DNA of 34,498 nucleotides from assembly GCA_044224875.1 (NCBI GenBank), contig JBGAJQ010000056.1:1-34498 (forward strand), given 5' to 3'. Both the position numbers and the translations under genes were made by a program. Below, piece after piece: positions 28,833-34,498 of the stretch. The notes under the pieces are model-generated. The model ran no database searches, was not told the DNA's origin, and saw only the letters and a list, made by a program, of their open reading frames with translations. Source of the stretch: Gemmatimonadaceae bacterium (GTDB taxonomy: Bacteria > Gemmatimonadota > Gemmatimonadetes > Gemmatimonadales > Gemmatimonadaceae). Each line of letters begins with the position of its first letter. The stretch's first letter is position 1.

Positions 28833-29816
28833 CTACCCGGAGCGTACCTCGGAATGGTCGCCGATCGTGACCTCGCCCTTCACGCCGACCAGGACCACGT
28901 CATCGCCCACGACCGAGTTTTGCACCGCGCACCGCGCGATCCGCGTCTTGCCACCGATGATGGCGTCGCGAATTTCTGAATTCTCGATCACCGATCCGGC
29001 GCCAATCGACACGTTTGGCCCGACCTTGGAACCCGTGATCGTCACGCCATCCTCGATGTAAACCGGTTCAACGATCTGCCGGGCATCGATCGAGGCCGGA
29101 CGTCTGGCTCGTCCCTTTTGCAGTACGGCCAGGTTGGTCTCCAGCAGCGTATCGATCTTCCCGGCGTCATACCAACCCTGCACATCGACGACCTGGATCT
29201 TCGCCCCATGGTCGATCATGTACTGGAAGGCGTCGGTCAGGAAATACTCGCCCTTGTTCTTCGGCCGGGTGAGCACGTGATCGATCCCCTCGAACAACAG
29301 CTTCCAGTTGCGGATGTAGTAGAGCCCGATATTCGCGCGTTTGGAGATCGGCGTGTCCGGCTTCTCGATGATCTTCGTCATGTTGCCGTCGGCGTCGGTC
29401 ACCACCACGCCAAAGCGCTGGTAGTCCTCGACCTCCTTCGTCCAGATGATGCCGTCGGCGTCCGTCCGATTGATGATGGAGAGATCGGCGTCGAAGATCG
29501 TGTCCACGAAGATGATCAGAACGGGGGCATCGACATACGGCTTGGCGAGTGAGACCGCACCCGCGGTTCCGTCCTGGACCTTCTGCTCGATGAAGACACC
29601 GGGTATGGGATAGGCGGTGCGTGCGTGTTCCTCGACGCGTTCCTTGAGGTGCCCGGTGATGTAGACCACCTGGTCCACACCACCGAGTCGTTGCACGTCG
29701 TCCATCACGTAGTCCATCACGGGCTTTCCCGCCACCTTCAACATCGGCTTGGGCGTGATGTGGGTGTGGGGACGCAGTCGCGTGCCCTTGCCGGCCAGTG
29801 GAATGATCACCTTCAT
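28833..29816 (-). CDS. Sugar-phosphate nucleotidyltransferase with C-terminal hexapeptide (LbH) repeats
   Basis: IPLAGKGTRLRPHT...PKP, IIEKP, EYFLTDA, WYDAGK, GPNVSIG repeats. Confidence 0.9.
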   Translation of the reverse strand: MKVIIPLAGKGTRLRPHTHITPKPMLKVAGKPVMDYVMDDVQRLGGVDQVVYITGHLKERVEEHARTAYPIPGVFIEQKVQDGTAGAVSLAKPYVDAPVLIIFVDTIFDADLSIINRTDADGIIWTKEVEDYQRFGVVVTDADGNMTKIIEKPDTPISKRANIGLYYIRNWKLLFEGIDHVLTRPKNKGEYFLTDAFQYMIDHGAKIQVVDVQGWYDAGKIDTLLETNLAVLQKGRARRPASIDARQIVEPVYIEDGVTITGSKVGPNVSIGAGSVIENSEIRDAIIGGKTRIARCAVQNSVVGDDVVLVGVKGEVTIGDHSEVRSG

Positions 29817-30184
29817 GGTGCGCTCGTCCCCTCGCGTCCGTAGCGGTCCTTGATGCGTACGACGTCGTCGAGTTCCGGAGTGGACGCCTCGAGGATGTCG
29901 CAGTCGGTCACGGCTTCCATATAGTGCACCGTCCCGGGGGTGATCCGGAACGCATCGCCCTGTTTGAGCTGCACGTCGCGTAACTCACCATCGGTGTCCA
30001 CCCAGTACTTCATGGTTCCGGACAGGAGGTACACGGTCTCATCCTTCACGTTGTGGTACTGCACGCTCAGCGCGTGACCGGCGTTGATGTGCAGGATTTT
30101 CCCCACGTACCGATCGGTGTGCGCCCAGATTGTCTCGTGCCCCCAGGGTTTGGGAACATGCTTCACGTCAGCGCGACCGCTCAT
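29813..30184 (-). CDS. Cupin-domain protein (type II mannose-6-phosphate isomerase-like)
   Basis: KPWG, LSVQYH..KDET, PGTVH, DDVVRIKDRYGR. ATGA overlap with the nucleotidyltransferase. Confidence 0.85.
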   Translation of the reverse strand: MSGRADVKHVPKPWGHETIWAHTDRYVGKILHINAGHALSVQYHNVKDETVYLLSGTMKYWVDTDGELRDVQLKQGDAFRITPGTVHYMEAVTDCDILEASTPELDDVVRIKDRYGREGTSAP

Positions 30185-30307
30185 ACGGGTGGGAAGGATA
30201 GAAGGACTGATGGAAGGTGTCGTTATGCAGTTCAGACGATTGTCCGGCCAGAGAAGCCACGGCCCCGGACATGATGTCGCGGCGCGGGGTCGCCGCGCCA
30301 GTCATGG

Positions 30308-30343
30308 AAACGACAAAGCCGGATCGACGGGAGATCCGGCTTT
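30308..30343 (-). terminator. Intrinsic terminator after atpH
   Basis: Inverted repeat AAAGCCGGATC (30315-30325) / GATCCGGCTTT (30333-30343). The minus strand reads TTTGTCGTTT after the GC stem. Confidence 0.75.
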
Positions 30344-30363
30344 CCCTTGGGCAACCTCTGCGC

Positions 30364-30900
30364 TTAGCGGCCGATCCGCGTCCGAAGCGTCGACAATCGC
30401 CGTCGTACGGAACCGTCCATGACGGTGTCGCCAATGCGGACCACGACGCCGCCGAGGATGGCTGGGTTCACGTGCAGATGCGGCACGACGGTCTTGCCCA
30501 TGGCGCGACCTAGCTGCGTGGCGATGGTCGCCCGATCCGCATCGGTCGTTTCGCGGGCCACGGTGACCTGCGCGTGGACTCGCCCCTCCGCCAAGTCCAC
30601 CAGGTTGCCGTATTCGGTGGCGATGGCGGGAATGAGCATCTGGCGACGGTTCAGTACGAGCTTCTCCAGGAACCGCACCATGGTGGGAGGCAGCTTCCCG
30701 GAAAAGGCCTTTCGCAGGACGAGGATCTTGTCGCCAGCTGCAATCTGCGGGGCCGCCAGGAAGTTCTGCAGGCGCGGCTCACGTTGAATGGCGTCGGACA
30801 CGTCGGAGATCATGCGGCCCCAGCCGTCCAGGTCGTTGGCCTTGCGAGCCAGCGACAGGAGTGCGTCGGCGTAGTTCCGACCGATGGTGGCGTCGCGCAT
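30364..30900 (-). CDS. atpH: F-type ATP synthase subunit delta
   Basis: RNYADAL and C-terminal VNPAILGGVVVRIGDTVMDGSVRRRL. Confidence 0.94.
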   Translation of the reverse strand: MRDATIGRNYADALLSLARKANDLDGWGRMISDVSDAIQREPRLQNFLAAPQIAAGDKILVLRKAFSGKLPPTMVRFLEKLVLNRRQMLIPAIATEYGNLVDLAEGRVHAQVTVARETTDADRATIATQLGRAMGKTVVPHLHVNPAILGGVVVRIGDTVMDGSVRRRLSTLRTRIGR

Positions 30901-31485
30901 CTAGTGCCCCGACCCGCCCTTGAAGGATGGCAACGCCGACAAGTAGCTCTCCACCAGTTTGCGATTGCCGGCGTCATCCAGGTTCTTCTCGATCACCTTG
31001 CCGGCGCCCGCGATCGCCAGGTCGATCGCCTCGCGCCGCAGGTCGGCGATGGCGCGCGACTTTTCGGATTCGATGTCGCGCTTGGCCCGCTCGAGCAATT
31101 CACCCTGCTGCTGACGCGTGGCATCGAGCATCTCGTTGCGCATCTTCTCAGCGGTGGCGCGCCCGTCAGCGATCAGGCGCTGGGCCTCACCGCGCGCCGC
31201 GTCCAGCTGCGCCTTGTGTTCGGCCAGCACACGAGCCGCTTCCTCGCGGTCCTGGGCGGCCTTGTCGATCGCCGCCTGCAACGCCGCCTCACGAGCCTCC
31301 ACGGCGGCCAGCATCGGCTTGAAGGCAAACTTGGACAGCACGAGCAGCAGGAACACGAAGATGATCAGCGTCCAGAACATCACGCCGCCTTCGGGCGAAA
31401 GCAGGTTCACCTTCTTCGCCTCTTCGGCATAGGCCGGCGTGCTGGTGAGCGCCAGCAGCAACGCGTTGACGATCAATATGCGCAT
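30901..31485 (-). CDS. atpF: F-type ATP synthase subunit b
   Basis: FWTLIIFVFLLLVLSKFAFKP TM segment, EARE coiled coil, AGKVIEKNLD. Start chosen at ATG 31485. Confidence 0.92.
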   Translation of the reverse strand: MRILIVNALLLALTSTPAYAEEAKKVNLLSPEGGVMFWTLIIFVFLLLVLSKFAFKPMLAAVEAREAALQAAIDKAAQDREEAARVLAEHKAQLDAARGEAQRLIADGRATAEKMRNEMLDATRQQQGELLERAKRDIESEKSRAIADLRREAIDLAIAGAGKVIEKNLDDAGNRKLVESYLSALPSFKGGSGH

Positions 31486-31552
31486 GTATCGGAGCGGGCT
31501 TGCCCGCACGGTAAGACGTCTGGGAATGCCGCCGCACGCGCGGGGGCATGTT

Positions 31553-31586
31553 CGTGGGTGTTTGACCCCGGGGCCAAACACCCACG
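31553..31586 (-). other. Strong hairpin immediately 3' of atpE
   Basis: Perfect 12-bp stem CGTGGGTGTTTG (31553-31564) / CAAACACCCACG (31575-31586), no U-tract. Confidence 0.7.
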
Positions 31587-31592
31587 CATCTA

Positions 31593-31865
31593 CTAGAACT
31601 TGCCCTGAATCAGGAACGCGATCACGACGCCGAACAGCGCCGCGCCTTCGATCAGTGCCGCCAGGATCAGCGCGGCCGTCTGAATCTTGCCCGCCGCTTC
31701 CGGCTGGCGCGCCATGCCTTCCACTGCCTGACCACCGATACGACCGATGCCAAGTCCGGCGCCGATCACGGCCAAGCCAGCGCCGAGCCCGGCGCCGATG
31801 AGCGAAAGACCCTGATTGTTGCTCGCCGCATTCGCAGCTTCCTGCAGCAACGGGTAAAAAGCCAT
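31593..31865 (-). CDS. atpE: F-type ATP synthase subunit c
   Basis: GAGLGIG glycine repeats, ARQPE loop, ALIEG carrier Glu. AGGAG RBS. Confidence 0.96.
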   Translation of the reverse strand: MAFYPLLQEAANAASNNQGLSLIGAGLGAGLAVIGAGLGIGRIGGQAVEGMARQPEAAGKIQTAALILAALIEGAALFGVVIAFLIQGKF

Positions 31866-32132
31866 GTCGATCTCCTAACGAGTGTAGAACTGCCCAGTCT
31901 TCCTGCTCCGCCAACACGTCGCCGTGTCGCCTTCCCGCCAACGAGGCCCGGGCCCCAGCGGGTTTCTCCAGCCGCTCGGCTGGATACGCGCGGTGGGGTG
32001 GAGCGACTCCACCGCGTCCTGCAATTGCTCTCAGGTCCAACACCGGAAGCATGGTCCCGCTCGCCTCCATGAACCTGCGTCATGTACGTCCGGTTGTCGC
32101 CGTCGCCGCGTCGGCGCCGGCGGAATCCTGCC

Positions 32133-33086
32133 TTAGTGGTGCGCCTCCCGGATCTGCCCGATGAACACACTGGACAGCAGCGTGAAGATGAACGCCTGTA
32201 GAAAGGCCACAAACAGTTCAAGGAGCATGATGGCCACCGCCATCAGGAACGGGGCGCCCGAGGCCAGGCTCTTGAACGTGAAGATCAATCCGATGAACGC
32301 CAGTACGACGATGTGCCCCGCTGTCATGTTCGCCAATAGACGGATGGCCAACGCGAAGGGCTTTGTCAGTTTCCCGATCATTTCCACCGGAGACATGATG
32401 AGGAACATGATGATCCGCATAACGAGCGGCAGTTCCTTGTTCCAGTAGAACAGGGTGGAGAGGTAATCCTTGCCCAAGGCCCGGATGCCGGAAATCTCCA
32501 CGACGATGAACGAGATGATCGCCATCGTCGCCGTCACCGAGATGTTGCCAGTTGCCGTCGACCCATAGGGGATCAGACCGAGCAGGTTGGCGAACAGGAT
32601 GAAGAAGAAGACCGACAGGAGGAACGGCACATACGCGTCGCCGTGATGTCCGACGTTGGGAATGATCACTTCATTCCTGATGTACAGGACCATCGCTTCA
32701 ATGCCATTCGCCGCGCCCTTTGGCCGTCCGATGTCCCTCGTGTGCCGGACGTGCGATCGCGCCGCACCCACCAGGATCACCACACACAGCAACGCGGCAA
32801 TGAGCATCATCACCACGTGCTTAGTCGGTGAGAGTTGGAGCGTGAGCCCGCCGACATGCACCGGCTCCCAAAGGGCCTCGCAGCCCTCTTCGCCGACGTG
32901 ACGTCCCAGGCAGACTTCCTTGTAGAACGGCGCCTTCCAGTACGGAATTTCGACGTGATAGGAATCCGTGATGTGCGGCGTGATGATGTCGACCTTCTCG
33001 GCGCCGGTGGCCGGCTCCTGGGCCCCAGCTCCAACCGGGGCGGCGGCCATCGCAAGCGCAACGAGCAGTGACCCGAACGATCTCAT
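32133..33086 (-). CDS. atpB: F-type ATP synthase subunit a
   Basis: NLLGLIP...TATGNISVT, KPFALAIRLLANMTAGH, LELFVAFLQAFIF. Confidence 0.95.
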   Translation of the reverse strand: MRSFGSLLVALAMAAAPVGAGAQEPATGAEKVDIITPHITDSYHVEIPYWKAPFYKEVCLGRHVGEEGCEALWEPVHVGGLTLQLSPTKHVVMMLIAALLCVVILVGAARSHVRHTRDIGRPKGAANGIEAMVLYIRNEVIIPNVGHHGDAYVPFLLSVFFFILFANLLGLIPYGSTATGNISVTATMAIISFIVVEISGIRALGKDYLSTLFYWNKELPLVMRIIMFLIMSPVEMIGKLTKPFALAIRLLANMTAGHIVVLAFIGLIFTFKSLASGAPFLMAVAIMLLELFVAFLQAFIFTLLSSVFIGQIREAHH

Positions 33087-33430
33087 GTCTTCAAGAAGAG
33101 TGGTTCAATCAACGTCGTGACAAACAGGAACGTCGCCATGGCGAGCAGGGCCGCGCTCTGCGGCAGAGCCAGGCGACCCACCACCACGAACCCCCAGCCC
33201 GCGAACGCCACAAATCGAATCAGTACGCCCACCCCCCAGCCCGCGATCACGTTCTGGCGCGCCATGCGCCGGACCACCAGAAAGGCAACCAGCTGGACCA
33301 CGAAGGCGGCCCCTGCCGCCACCTGCAACGCCCGGCCGTCCGCCGGTCCGTTCAAGCCGAATCCGAGGAGCCAGGCGAGCACCACAATCACCGTTAGGCT
33401 GACCGCCGCAAACGTCAAAACGGGCTTCAA
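33083..33430 (-). CDS. AtpI-like 4-TM membrane protein
   Basis: Four hydrophobic segments, located between atpZ and atpB with 4-nt overlaps on both sides, TTG start. Confidence 0.65.
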   Translation of the reverse strand: MKPVLTFAAVSLTVIVVLAWLLGFGLNGPADGRALQVAAGAAFVVQLVAFLVVRRMARQNVIAGWGVGVLIRFVAFAGWGFVVVGRLALPQSAALLAMATFLFVTTLIEPLFLKT

Positions 33431-33690
33431 CGGCCTTCCTCTTCGTCGCGCCGCTGCGCCGACATCAGCGTGCGGTACATGCTATAGAAGGCGGCGCCTG
33501 CCCCAACGAAAACTCCCACCACCAGAAACGCCGGCGAGGTCCCCAACTTCTTGTCAACCCATTGTCCTGCATAGAGAAAGAGCAGGATCGACAAGGCGAA
33601 CTGAAGGCCGAGCCCCGCGTAGGCTCCGGCTCCCAGTGAGCCACCGCCGCCCTGCTTCCTGGTCGGTCCTGCTTGAGGAGAATCCCCCAT
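33427..33690 (-). CDS. AtpZ/AtpI (ATPase gene 1) family protein
   Basis: GLQFALSI...GQWVDKKLGTSP...G pattern, first gene of the atp operon. ATG 33690 preferred over TTG 33729. Confidence 0.82.
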   Translation of the reverse strand: MGDSPQAGPTRKQGGGGSLGAGAYAGLGLQFALSILLFLYAGQWVDKKLGTSPAFLVVGVFVGAGAAFYSMYRTLMSAQRRDEEEGR

Positions 33691-33711
33691 TCCGGCGCGG
33701 AATTTAGGACT

Positions 33712-33729
33712 TTGTGAAATTTTTCGCAA
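33712..33729. promoter_or_regulatory. Putative Rex operator upstream of the F-type atp operon
   Basis: TTGTGAA-ATTT-TTCGCAA versus Rex consensus TTGTGAA-N4-TTCACAA (1 mismatch). AT-rich patch in GC-rich DNA. Confidence 0.75.
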
Positions 33730-33928
33730 GCGACCAGAAGCCGTATCAGCTATGTGATAACGAGATCGAGATCCTAGTTGAATCGAAGCCCGAAAGGACT
33801 CATCCTGCTTGAGGTTACGTTACCAAATCACTTGACTGGTCGTCCGTGACTGGATATGTTGGCCTCGCCGATGCAAAACGCCACACTCCGACTCCGTCGG
33901 ATGTCATTTCAGGGTGCCTGACCGGTTC

Positions 33929-34378
33929 ATGAGATCCCGCCTCGTCGTTGCGCTTGTCATCTCGGCCGCGGTGCTCTACGCCTGCGGCCCAAGATCGCAC
34001 GCCGCGGAAACTCCAAATCGGAAAAGCGGCACATCGGGGCCTTTGGTGGCCTCCTCTCTTGACGTGGCCGTGGGCGATCAGGTTGAATTCGTCTTGCACG
34101 TCACCAACAAGGCGCAAAAACGCCTTGAGCTCACGTTTCCTAGTGGCCAGACCTACGACGTCACTGTGCTCGATTCACTCGGGCGTGAAGTCTGGCGGTG
34201 GAGCGAAGGACGAATGTTCACACAGGCGCTGCAGAACAAGGTCCTCGAGTCCGACGAGACGATGTCCGTCCAGGTCGAGTGGCAGCCAGCAACGCTCAAG
34301 GGTTCGTTCGTTGCCGTCGCTTCATTGCGAAGCGAAAACCATCCCCTCGAGCGCCGAGTACCCTTCTCCCTCCCGTGA
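33929..34378 (+). CDS. Lipoprotein with BsuPI (intracellular proteinase inhibitor)-like domain
   Basis: Lipobox LYAC and LTFPSGQTYD...EVWRWSEGRMFTQAL pattern. Confidence 0.8.
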   Translation: MRSRLVVALVISAAVLYACGPRSHAAETPNRKSGTSGPLVASSLDVAVGDQVEFVLHVTNKAQKRLELTFPSGQTYDVTVLDSLGREVWRWSEGRMFTQALQNKVLESDETMSVQVEWQPATLKGSFVAVASLRSENHPLERRVPFSLP

Positions 34379-34399
34379 GAGCTTACAGAGCGCCGAGGG

Positions 34400-34433
34400 T
34401 GCGGTGGGCCGAAAGGCCCACCGCGTTTTTTTT
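34400..34433 (+). terminator. Intrinsic terminator
   Basis: GCGGTGGGCC-GAAA-GGCCCACCGC followed by G and 8 T. Confidence 0.92.
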
Positions 34434-34498
34434 GTGCCCCACACACTGTTGAAGCTCGCCGCGACCCTCCATCCTCGCCTTGTCACCTAGGCCCAGCG

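Larger units (their letters stand above)
323..33398. repeat. Dispersed over-represented motif (G)CCTAAC / GTTAGG(C)
   Basis: At least 27 hexamer copies found by eye, 21 of which extend to GCCTAAC/GTTAGGC. Positions are listed in the findings. Confidence 0.7.

Noticed and set aside
31486..32070. 389-aa extended AtpF overlapping atpE
   Set aside because: The extension is an alternate frame of atpE and its spacers. The b-subunit-like sequence begins at 31485.
323..33398. Telomeric (TTAGGC)n array or CRISPR repeat
   Set aside because: Copies are single, dispersed and irregularly spaced, never tandem or separated by spacers.
10324..33690. Hybrid enzyme made of the orphan Fo and the V/A catalytic head
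   Set aside because: The V/A operon has its own I, K, C, E and G subunits, and delta implies an F1 encoded elsewhere.

Overview
High-GC bacterial chromosomal window, most likely Gemmatimonadota (inferred from protein style; not verifiable here). I found no mobile element, CRISPR array, tRNA or rRNA. From left to right: the 3' end of cstA with ybdD/yjiX; a run of hydrolases (alpha/beta hydrolase, PD40-amidohydrolase, M28 peptidase, DUF1080); a stand-alone 5'-3' exonuclease; a Zn amidohydrolase; a complete 9-gene V/A-type ATPase operon (G/H-I-K-E-C-F-A-B-D, minus strand); an aminotransferase; a divergent MocR regulator/AhpD pair; a Tet-type MFS; an operon of MFS, FrlD-like PfkB kinase, BtpA/SgcQ and APC permease; an M20 peptidase; a cupin with a nucleotidyltransferase; the Fo+delta half of an F-type ATP synthase operon (atpZ-I-B-E-F-H, then a terminator); and a BsuPI-domain lipoprotein. 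Five observations stand out. (1) A dispersed non-palindromic motif GCCTAAC/GTTAGGC is strongly over-represented, often via rare codons. (2) Two different rotary ATPases lie about 12 kb apart. (3) A near-perfect Rex operator precedes the F-type operon. (4) A multi-stem structure closed by a 12-bp inverted repeat fills the V/A-ATPase leader. (5) The kinase-BtpA-permease operon may be an undescribed catabolic route for sugar-amino-acid conjugates.
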